Shown piece by piece: positions 1 through 9,533 of a stretch of 51,276 nucleotides of DNA. The first letter of the stretch is position 1. Every line of letters starts with the position of its first letter. Below the pieces are notes generated by a model. It had not been told where the DNA came from and made no database searches. It saw nothing but the letters and a program-made list of their open reading frames with translations. The DNA lies in the IMG/VR virus record IMGVR_UViG_3300036713_000486, positions 1 to 51,276 of that record; one strand, given 5' to 3'. The DNA comes from a virus (lineage: Duplodnaviria > Caudoviricetes). The position numbers were made by a program, and so were the translations under genes.

Positions 1-9
1 GGAGTTAGT

Positions 10-489
10 GTGAATAGGGTTCTTGTGTGCGGCGGTGAGCATTTTATTGACGAAAAAATTACAACAGATCTTGAACAGAAGTTAATTCGTGCATTTGGTG
101 GGAATGGCTTCATGTTTGTTCTTGGCGTTATTTGCACGCCTGCACAGAAGTGGGCGGCCTGTCAGGGTGTTCGTGTTGAGATTGTGTCTCATAGCAAGTG
201 GAGAGCGCAGAATAGACGTCAATTGTTGTTAGGGGCTGACCTGGTTATTGCGTTTGAAGGCGGAATGAAGCGTGAGCATATGGTAGAAGCTGCTCTAGAA
301 GCCAAGGTTGAGGTTTGGGAGCCAAACACTTGGGTTCACGATCATGTGTCGTCAAAGTTTGGAGCATTCAAACCAAGGCGAGAGTACAATGCTTTGGTTT
401 TTAAAGATGAAGAGCTTGAGATCGAGGGAATCGACGATGTTGATTATGGTCCAATTTTGACTGGTCGTCGGATTAGGAATTGGAAGTGA
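10..489 (+). CDS. SLOG/YspA (DUF2493)-like protein
   Basis: N-terminal RVLVCGG and later ADLVIAFEGG...HMVEAA resemble SLOG motifs; GGAG at 1-4 precedes the GTG start. Confidence 0.6.
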   Translation: MNRVLVCGGEHFIDEKITTDLEQKLIRAFGGNGFMFVLGVICTPAQKWAACQGVRVEIVSHSKWRAQNRRQLLLGADLVIAFEGGMKREHMVEAALEAKVEVWEPNTWVHDHVSSKFGAFKPRREYNALVFKDEELEIEGIDDVDYGPILTGRRIRNWK

Positions 490-535
490 AATAATAATAC
501 CCTCAAATGAAAAGGGGGCCGAAGGAGAGGGGATA

Positions 536-1054
536 ATGGCAGAGGATAAGCCGAAGAGACGCAACTTGAAGACGTGCGTTGTGGGAAACACTGATCCAAC
601 GCTCGCGCCGATCAAAAAAATAGTACCAAAGAAAGCGAAGAAGAGTGGCCCCCGTCCGTTGCCTACTGAGGACCAGGCAAGAGAGATAATCGTTGCCCTT
701 AAGGTTGGTGCTCCATATGACGTAGCCTGCCAGGCTGCCAGTGTACCGAAGGCCACAGGGATGGAGTGGTTGCGTCGAGGGAAAGGGGAAGATGAGAAGT
801 ATGGGACAACGCCAGAGCTTACACAATTTGCGATTGACGTTGAAGAGTCAATGAGTTATGCGACTGTACGTGCTTTGAAGGTTATCCATAATGCCGCGAA
901 GAGTACATGGACAGCGGCTGCTTGGTATTTAGAGAGAACTCAACCAGACCAGTTCGCGGCGCAAAGCAGATCTCAGATAACCGGCAAGGATGGCAAAAGT
1001 ATCAGTGAAGACCTTGGCTCATTCCTAGCCAAAGGCTTCAAGCGAGGCAAGTAA
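536..1054 (+). CDS. terS: Terminase small subunit
   Basis: HTH-like ACQAASVPKATGMEWL, WTAAAWYLER and ITGKDG motifs; coupled to TerL by TAATG. Confidence 0.8.
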   Translation: MAEDKPKRRNLKTCVVGNTDPTLAPIKKIVPKKAKKSGPRPLPTEDQAREIIVALKVGAPYDVACQAASVPKATGMEWLRRGKGEDEKYGTTPELTQFAIDVEESMSYATVRALKVIHNAAKSTWTAAAWYLERTQPDQFAAQSRSQITGKDGKSISEDLGSFLAKGFKRGK

Positions 1055-3561
1055 TGGGTGGCCTCGGTTCAGGTAGAAAGCGGTTCAAGCAGGCCCGTGA
1101 AGATGCAATTGCGGCGAAGCATGATAGGGAGCTTGCCGAACAAGCGATCTCAAGATGGGAAGATCCTGTTGTTTTTGCTTCTGAAGTGTTCAATGTAGAG
1201 TTGTGGGATAAGCAAGCAGAGGTTGCACGAGCAATTGCATTCTCCAATCATGGTCGCGTAGCGTGCCGAAGCGGTCACAAAATTGGGAAGGGGCAGCCTT
1301 TGGATGGTGTTGTAGTTACACCAAAAGGCTTCAAGGCGATTGGTGACATATCCCCAGGGGATTATGTGATTAGCGATAGTGGTGAGCCATGCAAAGTCGT
1401 TGCTGAGACCGTGTGGCATGAACGCCCGCATATGCGAGTCACGTTCGAAGATGGTACGCATGTAGACGTAGATGAAGCGCATGAGTGGGTTGTGCATACA
1501 CGAAAGAGCCGTAAGTGTACGTCCAGTCATCCTGTGACATTGGAAACTCGACAGATGTTCGAGTCACAGACTGTGCCGAACGGCAAGAATAGTAATAAGA
1601 CACCGCGTCGTATCTCAAATTATACGGTTGATTTGACTAAGCCGGTCCAACTCCCACATGTAGACCTGCCTATTGACCCATACCTATTAGGAGTATGGTT
1701 GGGAGACGGAACATCTGCCACTGGCGAGATCACGACTATGGACGCTGAGATTGTTGAGGCGTTCGAAGCAGCAGGCTATCGTATGGTCTCTTCGCGTAAG
1801 AAGAGTAGAGCTACCAAGTATCTGATACACAACAATAACGGATACCCTGTATTTAGATGGGTTCTCAAGTCGGCCGGGTTATTAAATAACAAGCACATCC
1901 CAGATATCTACATGTGGTCATCTGCGGAACAGCGGCTTGCTATTATACAAGGCCTAATGGACGCAGATGGCTATTGTAGCACAAGTGGGCACTGTCAGTT
2001 TTGCAGCACGAACAAGAAATTGGCTGAAGGCGTCCTTCAACTTGCCAGATCGCTTGGTATTAAGGCTCGAATTCACGAGAAGAGAGCTAAATTGTATGGC
2101 AAGGATTGCGGGCCAAAGTGGCATGTTGAGTGGAGGAGCACAGTTCCTGTCTTCCGGTTGAGACGTAAAGTTGAACGAATCAGGACAGAGTGGAAGCATA
2201 AGGTAAATGCTCACAAGCGAATAGCAATAGTGAGCATAAACAAACTTCCTGGTAAGCACACAACCAAATGTATTGAGGTAGACAGCCCTTCTCACTTATA
2301 CTTGTGCACAGAATCGTTTATACCTACTCACAATTCCATGCTTGATATGATTGTGGGTGTTCAATTCATTCTCCTTCACGAGGAGGCTAGGGTTGTTTTG
2401 ACCGCGCCCACAGCTCGGCAGGTTCGCTCTATTCTGTGGCGCGAATTACAGTTGCTGCATGCCAAGGCAAAGTGGCCGCTCGGCGGTAAGCTGTCGATGC
2501 AGCCAGATATTGGCTGGCAGTTCGCAGACGGTCGAGAGATGGTTGGGTTCGCAACTGACGAACCTGAGCGTATGGCAGGAATCTCTGGGAAGAATGTGTT
2601 GTTTATCGTTGATGAGGCCTCCGGTGTGCCTGAGCCAATCTTTGAAGCCATTGAGGGTAACCGAGCTGGCGGTGCCAAGATTCTAATGACATCCAACCCA
2701 ACGAAAACCTCTGGCACCTTTTACAATGCGTTCAATGAGCAGCGTGCTTTGTGGGATACGTTTCATATCTCATCGAGAGAGACACCAAATGCTCTCACAG
2801 GCCAAAAGATTATCCCAGGATTAGCGGAGCAGTGGTGGTGCGACGAGAAAGCGGAAGAATGGGGGGAGGATTCCCCATTATATGCCGTTCGTATTGAAGG
2901 CAACTTCCCGGCAGAAGGTTTCAATACAGTCATTCCGATCCATTTGCTGGAAAAAGCGCTAGATGGTTGGGAAGATGTTGAGGTAAATCGTGACGATCAA
3001 CTCTGCATAGGAGTGGACGTTGCTAGATTCGGTGACGACTCAACCGTTCTGTTTCCACGTAGAGGAAACAAGGCTATGATGCCTACTGTTTTGCAGAAAC
3101 AAAGAACTGGGCAAGTTGTAGCAAACGTAGTTGAGATGGCAAACTCATTAAAAATGAGCCCTCGTGAGGTTGTGAAGGTCATGGTTGACGTTACCGGTCT
3201 TGGCGGTGGCGTAGCAGACGGGCTTAGACGGATCCAGGGTATTGATTGTGTTGAAGTCAACAGTTCAGAGCGTGCCCACAATGAAGATAACTACTGCAAC
3301 GTGAAGACGGAGTTGTGGTTCTCACTGCGCGACTGGATCCGTGATGGTGGAAAGATTCCTCCAGGAGTCTCAAAGCTCGAATCAGAGCTTGTTATGCCAC
3401 TATACGACTATGATACACATAACCGATACAGAGTTGAGGGCAAAAAGGACATCAAAAAAAGGCTAAAGCGTTCCCCTGACCGCGCGGATGCGCTCGCGCT
3501 GGCAGTGTATGAAGCACGGAGTGTCGAGACCGACTTTTTCTCAATAAAATCAGCGCGGTAA
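1054..3561 (+). CDS. terL: Terminase large subunit containing an intein
   Basis: Walker A RSGHKIGK|S interrupted by the intein; Walker B FIVDEA; MTSNP; nuclease motifs GVDVARFGDD and SPDRADALALA. Confidence 0.95.
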   Translation: MGGLGSGRKRFKQAREDAIAAKHDRELAEQAISRWEDPVVFASEVFNVELWDKQAEVARAIAFSNHGRVACRSGHKIGKGQPLDGVVVTPKGFKAIGDISPGDYVISDSGEPCKVVAETVWHERPHMRVTFEDGTHVDVDEAHEWVVHTRKSRKCTSSHPVTLETRQMFESQTVPNGKNSNKTPRRISNYTVDLTKPVQLPHVDLPIDPYLLGVWLGDGTSATGEITTMDAEIVEAFEAAGYRMVSSRKKSRATKYLIHNNNGYPVFRWVLKSAGLLNNKHIPDIYMWSSAEQRLAIIQGLMDADGYCSTSGHCQFCSTNKKLAEGVLQLARSLGIKARIHEKRAKLYGKDCGPKWHVEWRSTVPVFRLRRKVERIRTEWKHKVNAHKRIAIVSINKLPGKHTTKCIEVDSPSHLYLCTESFIPTHNSMLDMIVGVQFILLHEEARVVLTAPTARQVRSILWRELQLLHAKAKWPLGGKLSMQPDIGWQFADGREMVGFATDEPERMAGISGKNVLFIVDEASGVPEPIFEAIEGNRAGGAKILMTSNPTKTSGTFYNAFNEQRALWDTFHISSRETPNALTGQKIIPGLAEQWWCDEKAEEWGEDSPLYAVRIEGNFPAEGFNTVIPIHLLEKALDGWEDVEVNRDDQLCIGVDVARFGDDSTVLFPRRGNKAMMPTVLQKQRTGQVVANVVEMANSLKMSPREVVKVMVDVTGLGGGVADGLRRIQGIDCVEVNSSERAHNEDNYCNVKTELWFSLRDWIRDGGKIPPGVSKLESELVMPLYDYDTHNRYRVEGKKDIKKRLKRSPDRADALALAVYEARSVETDFFSIKSAR
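1291..2334 (+). mobile_element. Class 3-type intein (348 aa) with LAGLIDADG homing endonuclease
   Basis: Starts GQPLD; block B HEW; endonuclease motifs YLLGVWLGDG and IQGLMDADG; block F KCIEV; ends THN|S. Removal restores the P-loop GHKIGKS. Confidence 0.92.
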
Positions 3562-3573
3562 AAGGACACACCG

Positions 3574-5163
3574 ATGAGCAACGTATTCGAACTACCAACT
3601 CAAGATCCTAGAGAGGCGAAAACCTACGCGCAGCCTTCTGTCAGGACAGATCTTGTTTGGACGCCAAGCAGGCTTACTTCTGCAATGGTTATGGCAGATT
3701 CAGGCCACTACCGTATGCTCGCAGACCTAAGCGAGTTGATTATGGCTGATGATCGAGCTGGCGCTGACCTTTTGAAGCGCGTCCGTTCTATTTCTGGCAC
3801 AATGCCTGTGTTTCAAAGCTCCGGCGACGGTCGTAAAGGCGCCAAGGTTGCGCGTGATTTAGGATCGCTGCGTGATGGCGGCGGAGGTGATTGGTGGGAG
3901 ATGTTGCCCGAAGCCGAGTATGGCGAAGTGAAGGCGTGGGGCATCGTAATGGGGTTTGGGATAGGCCAATTGGTTTGGAAAAAGTATAAGGGACGAGATA
4001 TCCCAACGCTTGAGCCGTGGCATCCCCGTCTTTTTAGACAAGATCTTGAAACTGGTAAACTGTACGGCCAAGAGAGAGTAAATGGAGCTAACCAGGAGTT
4101 TGAGGTTGACCTTGATTCTGGTAAATGGTTCCTTTATTCCCCATACGGAAGAAACCGCGCGCATGCTAGAGGGTTGTGGCGAGGTCTTGCGCCATGGTGG
4201 CTGTTGAAAAAGTACGCGATCGGCGATTGGGGGCGACACAGCGAAAATGCTTCCACCCTTGTTGGCTCGTCTCCCAAAGGAGCAACCAAAGCTCATCGTG
4301 CAGAGCTTGCGTCTAACTTGTACTCAATGGCGAAGAATGCGGTTGTGGTTTTACCTCCAGAGTTCAATTTGAAGTTGGTCGAGGCAACCGCGAACACTCG
4401 GGACATCTACGATGCACAGATCCAATCCGCCAACTTAGCGATGACCATTGCGATTACTGGCGTGAACCTGCCGACCCATGCTACCGGTGGCTCATATGCG
4501 GCGATGACAGAGCAGTCCTCGGTCGCTACAGCGGTTAGGCAAGCGGACGCAGAGATTGACGCAACCCAAACCAGGGCACAAGTCCTCAAGTTTTGGGCGC
4601 TATACAATCATGGCTCAGAAGATGTTGCTCCATGGCCTCATTGGGACGTTCGTAGGCCAGAAGAGAAGGTTGCGCTAGCTGACGCTATGAGCAAATTTGG
4701 TGCAGCAATCACCGCTCTTAAAGCAGCAAGTCCTAGGGTTGACGCTGAAACAATACTTGAAGACGCAGGCATCCCTTTGATGAGCGAAGCGGAGCTTGAA
4801 GCTAAAGACAAACAAGACATGGAGCGTAGGGATAAAATGGGGACTCCTGAACAACAGCAGGCTAATAACATTGAGAAACAAGAAGAGACGACAGTGTTAG
4901 CCGAAGACGACGACAAGTTTAATCAGGAAGCTTTTCTAGAGGACCTGTCAGAAGCAACGATCCAGCAGCTAGCTGAAGCTTTGCAGCCTCAATTTGACGA
5001 GTTGAGCAAACAGATTGATGCGGCAGAAACGATCGATGATATCAAGTCAGCGGTCCTTAATTTCGTGGATTCTGAGGAATCCCCAGAGGCTATCGAAGTT
5101 CTCGAGCGTGCCATGCTACTGGTACACTTGGCTGGCACAGCCGCTGCTATGCAGGGAGAATAA
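3574..5163 (+). CDS. Portal protein (Mu gp29/DUF935-like)
   Basis: Position after TerL, 529 aa, GGSYAA motif, acidic helical C-terminus ending HLAG. Confidence 0.85.
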   Translation: MSNVFELPTQDPREAKTYAQPSVRTDLVWTPSRLTSAMVMADSGHYRMLADLSELIMADDRAGADLLKRVRSISGTMPVFQSSGDGRKGAKVARDLGSLRDGGGGDWWEMLPEAEYGEVKAWGIVMGFGIGQLVWKKYKGRDIPTLEPWHPRLFRQDLETGKLYGQERVNGANQEFEVDLDSGKWFLYSPYGRNRAHARGLWRGLAPWWLLKKYAIGDWGRHSENASTLVGSSPKGATKAHRAELASNLYSMAKNAVVVLPPEFNLKLVEATANTRDIYDAQIQSANLAMTIAITGVNLPTHATGGSYAAMTEQSSVATAVRQADAEIDATQTRAQVLKFWALYNHGSEDVAPWPHWDVRRPEEKVALADAMSKFGAAITALKAASPRVDAETILEDAGIPLMSEAELEAKDKQDMERRDKMGTPEQQQANNIEKQEETTVLAEDDDKFNQEAFLEDLSEATIQQLAEALQPQFDELSKQIDAAETIDDIKSAVLNFVDSEESPEAIEVLERAMLLVHLAGTAAAMQGE

Positions 5164-5165
5164 TA

Positions 5166-5306
5166 ATGCCAACAATCAACTTGCCTCTGATTGGAAGACG
5201 TAAGAATTCTAAAAAAAAGCCAAGGTATTCTCTGAGTATCAAAATCATTTTCCCAAAAATTTTCGGTAAGAAGAAGAGCGGAGCAGGTGGCGGGTCTAAG
5301 GGCTAG
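5166..5306 (+). CDS. 46-aa basic peptide MPTINLPLIGRRKNSKKKPRYSLSIKIIFPKIFGKKKSGAGGGSKG (not in ORF track)
   Basis: Manual translation; ATG 2 nt after the portal stop with GGGAG upstream; fills the gap and overlaps the next gene. Confidence 0.75.
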   Translation: MPTINLPLIGRRKNSKKKPRYSLSIKIIFPKIFGKKKSGAGGGSKG

Positions 5307-6003
5307 CGTTGACATTTGTAAACGCGCAGCAGTTTTTGATTCATCGGTCCTAGTCGCAATCTCTGGCGGTAAGGACAGCCTTGTTACGCTTGACCTATGC
5401 TGTCAGACGTTCGACAGGGTTGAGGCGTTCTATATGTACCTGGTGCCTGGCATCGAGGTTATTGAACGACCTATGTTGGCAGTTGCAAGGCGTCTTGGTG
5501 TTCGTGTTCACATGGTCCCTCATTGGGACCTGGCACGTTTGCAAAAAAACGCCATATTCCGTATGCACTCGGTAACCGCAAGGGATATCGAGACCAAGAA
5601 GTTGGGTGATATCGAATACGACCTTCGTGTCAAAACCGGTATCCGGTGGATCGCCTACGGGTACCGCGCAGCCGATTCGATTGCTCGACGCCTTATGTGT
5701 CGAACAGTCAAAGGCTTCGATTTAAATTCACAGCGCATCTACCCAATCTGGGAATGGGGAGTTCGGGACGTTCTTGCTTACCTTCGGGTCAAGCGGATCC
5801 CGGTCCCAATGCGAATGGGGACAGACGGCACGCGCGGGATGAGTGGCTTTTCACTTTCAAGAGAGCCAATCTTGTGGCTATACCACAACGCGCCTGACGA
5901 TTACGAAAGGGTTTTGGAAAGATTTCCTTTCGTGGGGGTTTGGGTGAAAAAGGATGAGTTCGCAAAAAAACGTTCTACCTCTGAGCAAAGTCCAGAAGTT
6001 TGA
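5287..6003 (+). CDS. PAPS-reductase-like PP-loop ATPase (adenine nucleotide alpha hydrolase)
   Basis: VAISGGKDS PP-loop, GYRAADSIARR, YPIWEW. Confidence 0.88.
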   Translation: MAGLRASVDICKRAAVFDSSVLVAISGGKDSLVTLDLCCQTFDRVEAFYMYLVPGIEVIERPMLAVARRLGVRVHMVPHWDLARLQKNAIFRMHSVTARDIETKKLGDIEYDLRVKTGIRWIAYGYRAADSIARRLMCRTVKGFDLNSQRIYPIWEWGVRDVLAYLRVKRIPVPMRMGTDGTRGMSGFSLSREPILWLYHNAPDDYERVLERFPFVGVWVKKDEFAKKRSTSEQSPEV

Positions 6004-6742
6004 GCCAAAACGCATCAACCGCACAGACATCAAAAACGCCGAGTACAATCCAAGGAACATCGACCCGCATGCGAAGCGGAAACTAGAAAAGAACCTTCGA
6101 AAGGTTGGATTGCTCGAGTCTCTTGTTTGGAATGAGCGAACAGGTAACCTTGTATCTGGTCATCAACGGTTGGCGATTATAGATATCATAGAGGGAACCC
6201 CAAATTATTCCCTAGACGTCTCAGTGACATCGCTTTCTTTGAAAGAGGAAAAGCGACAGAACGTTTTCTTCAACAACCCTGGCGCACAAGGAACATGGGA
6301 CCTGATCGCCCTAGCAGACCTAGCTAAGGACGACGACTTTGACATCGAAGACGCTGGGTTTGACCCGATGGACATCGAGGTCCTGTTCGATGACATTGAT
6401 GGGAAGTTTGGGACGGCAGCAGACGAGGGGGACCAAGGGGTTGTTATTGACCCACCGGTTGTCAGACCAACCCCTGCCGAGGAAGCCATCAGGCAAAGGC
6501 AAGAGACCCAACGTAGGCACGGGAAAGAATCTGAGGATGAGGCCAAGGCTAGAATCCGATCAGATAGGGCTGAGAGCAAAGAACGTGCACAGACGAAGGA
6601 TGACACTGAATTTTATGTCGTGGTCGTGTTCCAAAGTAGGCGCGAACGCGAAGACTTCATGAAACACATCAACCACACGGAAGAGGAGAAATATCTTGAC
6701 GGTCGAGAATTATGTAGCCTCCTCCACATCCCTACCGGTTGA
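5954..6742 (+). CDS. ParB/Srx N-terminal domain protein
   Basis: YNPR...LVWNERTGNLVSGHQRL; acidic middle; no obvious ParB HTH. Confidence 0.88.
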   Translation: MSSQKNVLPLSKVQKFEPKRINRTDIKNAEYNPRNIDPHAKRKLEKNLRKVGLLESLVWNERTGNLVSGHQRLAIIDIIEGTPNYSLDVSVTSLSLKEEKRQNVFFNNPGAQGTWDLIALADLAKDDDFDIEDAGFDPMDIEVLFDDIDGKFGTAADEGDQGVVIDPPVVRPTPAEEAIRQRQETQRRHGKESEDEAKARIRSDRAESKERAQTKDDTEFYVVVVFQSRREREDFMKHINHTEEEKYLDGRELCSLLHIPTG

Positions 6743-7544
6743 TGATCAGGTCAAGTTAGTCCTTCTCGGGTGGTTCTTTCGAAAAGGTAAAGGTGGAGGC
6801 AATGACACGTGGAGCTTTTACACAAATCTTAGAGAATATGTTCGCAGGGAGATAAGGGGTATTCCTGGTGGTGGAATTCTACTCAAAGCTTACGACTTAT
6901 CTACAGCTAAGGGACGCGAAAAAGAGTGGAATAGAATAAAATTTGCTATCAAAGATAAGGCTTGGCGCGTTATTTTTGGGACTAAAGCCAAAGCTGCCAA
7001 AGATATACTTAAGACAATAAAGTCAGCGAAAAATGTGGACGCAAAATATGTTATTAAGCGTAGGATCAAAGCTAATCTACGCTTAGAGAAGAGAACTTCA
7101 GTAAATATAACAAGCAGAATTCGCCTGCGCACTGTAGTTAGTACGAATTTTAGAAAAACCCATGTTAGTGCAAAGCTTTATTTTTTGAAGCCATTGCCTT
7201 ATAAACCTGTTTGGAAGTGGGTTGCTGTTGTCGACGAACGTCTTTGCCCAATTTGTGGTCCATGTCACAACGTAACACTGCCAAACACGCATCCTTGGTG
7301 GAGGACGCATATTCCACCTATGCATCACAACTGTAGGTGCACCATCAAAGCACTGTCGGTTAGACAGGGTGCGAAGTGGGCTAAGGAACATAGGGGTAAG
7401 CCTATTGACCGGCCTCCAAGTGTTAGAGCCCATAAAACTTTTGGCACAAATGGTGACGACTGGAAGCCAAACCCCAAAGATTACCCTCCTGAGATGCGAG
7501 ATATCATCAAAAAGAGGTTGAACCGTAGGAAGAATCAGAAATGA
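6696..7544 (+). CDS. Head morphogenesis protein (Mu gpF/SPP1 gp7-like); start uncertain
   Basis: RLRTVVSTN; WVAVVDERLCPIC...HPWW...PPMHHNCRC. Confidence 0.85.
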   Translation: MTVENYVASSTSLPVDDQVKLVLLGWFFRKGKGGGNDTWSFYTNLREYVRREIRGIPGGGILLKAYDLSTAKGREKEWNRIKFAIKDKAWRVIFGTKAKAAKDILKTIKSAKNVDAKYVIKRRIKANLRLEKRTSVNITSRIRLRTVVSTNFRKTHVSAKLYFLKPLPYKPVWKWVAVVDERLCPICGPCHNVTLPNTHPWWRTHIPPMHHNCRCTIKALSVRQGAKWAKEHRGKPIDRPPSVRAHKTFGTNGDDWKPNPKDYPPEMRDIIKKRLNRRKNQK

Positions 7545-8611
7545 GCCTCAAATACGAAGTACTTAGTATTGATGTTGAACCAGGTAAGGAGCCACCAAAG
7601 GAGTTCCGCCTATTCAAGATGGGTGACAATCCATCAACCAAAGGGACTTTCGTATTCGATGAAGACTCAGTTCGTCTTACCAAAGAATACTACGAAAAGC
7701 ATGGACCGGCCAGGCTTATGGTCGACTACGAGCACAAGAGTTTGGACTCTAACGCACCCATCGCTGAGCGTAAGGCGTCAGCTAGGTTTTCTCCTGAGTG
7801 GAGGCAAGATGGCTTATATGCAACTCAGGTCAAGTGGACTCCTATGGCTACCCAGGAGATTGTGGACGGAGAGCGAAATTGTTTCTCGCCTGCGTTCGGC
7901 CATAAAGATGGGCATATCCGCAAGTTAGTGAATGTGGCGCTGTGCAATCTACCAGCGCTTGATAATGTGGAACTACTCGTCGCGGCATCAGAGCTTTGCG
8001 ACGAACCGCTGTCCGATGTTTCGGGCTTGGGAGCGGCAGATGCCGCGAAGGAGATTGATCAAATGAAGTCACTTATTACGCTACTGGGTGTAGAGACTGA
8101 AGAGGCTGGCATCAAGGAATTGACCAGCCTTCAGAGCGAAAAGAAGCTGCTTGAGGAGCAGCGAGACGAACTGATCTTGCTGAGTGGAGCGGATTCGTTT
8201 GAGTCTGCATCAGGTACGATCGCTGCTGGAGTCAAAGCGATTGGCCGAGTTAAAGAGCTTGAAGCTATTGAGGCCAAGCGTGAAGAAGAGGCGAAGGTGG
8301 CTAAGCTCAACGAACTCGTTGAGAAAGGTCGTAGTGAATGTAAGCTGTCCGCTGCGCAAGAAGAGTGGGCTCGCACGTTGACTGTGGATACCCTCTCTGC
8401 ATTTCTAGAGAATGCGCCAAAGATCATTCCATCAGCAGACGAAGCTAAATCTCAACCAGGCAGTACGAATTCAAATGGTGCCGCAGTGCTGCACGATGGA
8501 AAGGGTTGGAAAGATCTTTCATCTGCCGAGAAACACAATCTGAAGTTTGCGCAGCCGGAAGTATATGCGGCCTTGCGCGATGATCATATTAAAGCAACGA
8601 CCTCTGTCTGA
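7541..8611 (+). CDS. Mu-like prohead protease/scaffold
   Basis: MVDYEH, VKWT, FSPAF, VALCNLPAL; helical C-terminal half. Confidence 0.9.
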   Translation: MSLKYEVLSIDVEPGKEPPKEFRLFKMGDNPSTKGTFVFDEDSVRLTKEYYEKHGPARLMVDYEHKSLDSNAPIAERKASARFSPEWRQDGLYATQVKWTPMATQEIVDGERNCFSPAFGHKDGHIRKLVNVALCNLPALDNVELLVAASELCDEPLSDVSGLGAADAAKEIDQMKSLITLLGVETEEAGIKELTSLQSEKKLLEEQRDELILLSGADSFESASGTIAAGVKAIGRVKELEAIEAKREEEAKVAKLNELVEKGRSECKLSAAQEEWARTLTVDTLSAFLENAPKIIPSADEAKSQPGSTNSNGAAVLHDGKGWKDLSSAEKHNLKFAQPEVYAALRDDHIKATTSV

Positions 8612-8657
8612 GGTAAAAACGAGCCTGGCACTCGCTCAGGCAGACAAGGAATGAATT

Positions 8658-9533
8658 ATGCTAGTTAGAGCAGATACTATTGTGCCCGAATTGCTCGTGG
8701 AAGCTGTCCAAGGTGCGTTCTCAGGAATGAAAGCGTTTTATGGTACAGGTGCTGCGACTGTTAATTCATCGATGCCCACCCATGCCCCTTCAGGTGCTAA
8801 GATCAATGGTGGCGACACCATCAAGATCCCGTACTTCGGGACGGTAGGAGAGATGGAAGATGTTACGGCTGAAGGTGATGCGTTGACGCCTACCTCGCTC
8901 ACCATGAGTGAGGAAGAGTGTACGGTCACTCACAGTGGTAAAGCGATCGAAATCTCGTTCTGGGCTCAAATGGCTGCCAACTATGCTGATCCTTATGGGG
9001 AGATGGCTAGGCAGTTGACCGAAGTTCACACGCGTCGTGTCGATAAAGCTCTCTTTGACGTTGCCCTTGCCTCCCTTCCGGCAGGGATGACTAACGATAT
9101 CCAGGCTGTTGGCGCTGGCCTTATCGACTATGATGCCATCGTTGACACCCTCAACCTTTGGGGAGACGAAGAAGAGTCTGTTGCTGTTATGGTCTGCCAC
9201 AGCGATATCAAAAAGCGCTTCCGCAAGATCAAGGACGCCAATGGGCACCCGATCTTTGTTGATTCCAAGTCTGGTGGGCTCCCCACTGTCTTTGGAATCC
9301 CGATGGCAGTGTCCAACCGCCAGACCAAGAGTGGTTCGACCTATCGCACTATTCTTGCCCGCAAAGGCGCCCTTGCATACTGGGCACAGTCTGCCCCTAG
9401 AGTTCTTGTAGATACTGACGTGCTGGCTGACACCGAGCTCGCTGCGATCCACACCTACTGGTGCGCTCACCGTTATTCTCGCCTCCCCGGTGGAACCTAT
9501 GGTGGCGTAGCTCTCATTCAGAGTCTTGGCTGA
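8658..9533 (+). CDS. Major capsid protein
   Basis: Follows the protease; IVPE, GDTIKIPYF, EGDALTP; 291 aa. Confidence 0.9.
   Translation: MLVRADTIVPELLVEAVQGAFSGMKAFYGTGAATVNSSMPTHAPSGAKINGGDTIKIPYFGTVGEMEDVTAEGDALTPTSLTMSEEECTVTHSGKAIEISFWAQMAANYADPYGEMARQLTEVHTRRVDKALFDVALASLPAGMTNDIQAVGAGLIDYDAIVDTLNLWGDEEESVAVMVCHSDIKKRFRKIKDANGHPIFVDSKSGGLPTVFGIPMAVSNRQTKSGSTYRTILARKGALAYWAQSAPRVLVDTDVLADTELAAIHTYWCAHRYSRLPGGTYGGVALIQSLG

Noticed and set aside
5287-6003. True CysH sulfate-assimilation gene or a dnd phosphorothioation system
   Set aside because: No C-terminal ECGLH motif and no other cys or dnd genes; the fold is shared by many adenylating enzymes
5954-6742. Partition ParB
   Set aside because: No ParA, no evident HTH or parS, and it lies in the head operon
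8790-9470. Long antisense ORFs (also 40110-40697 and 48113-48649)
   Set aside because: They lie opposite well-supported genes and show no motifs
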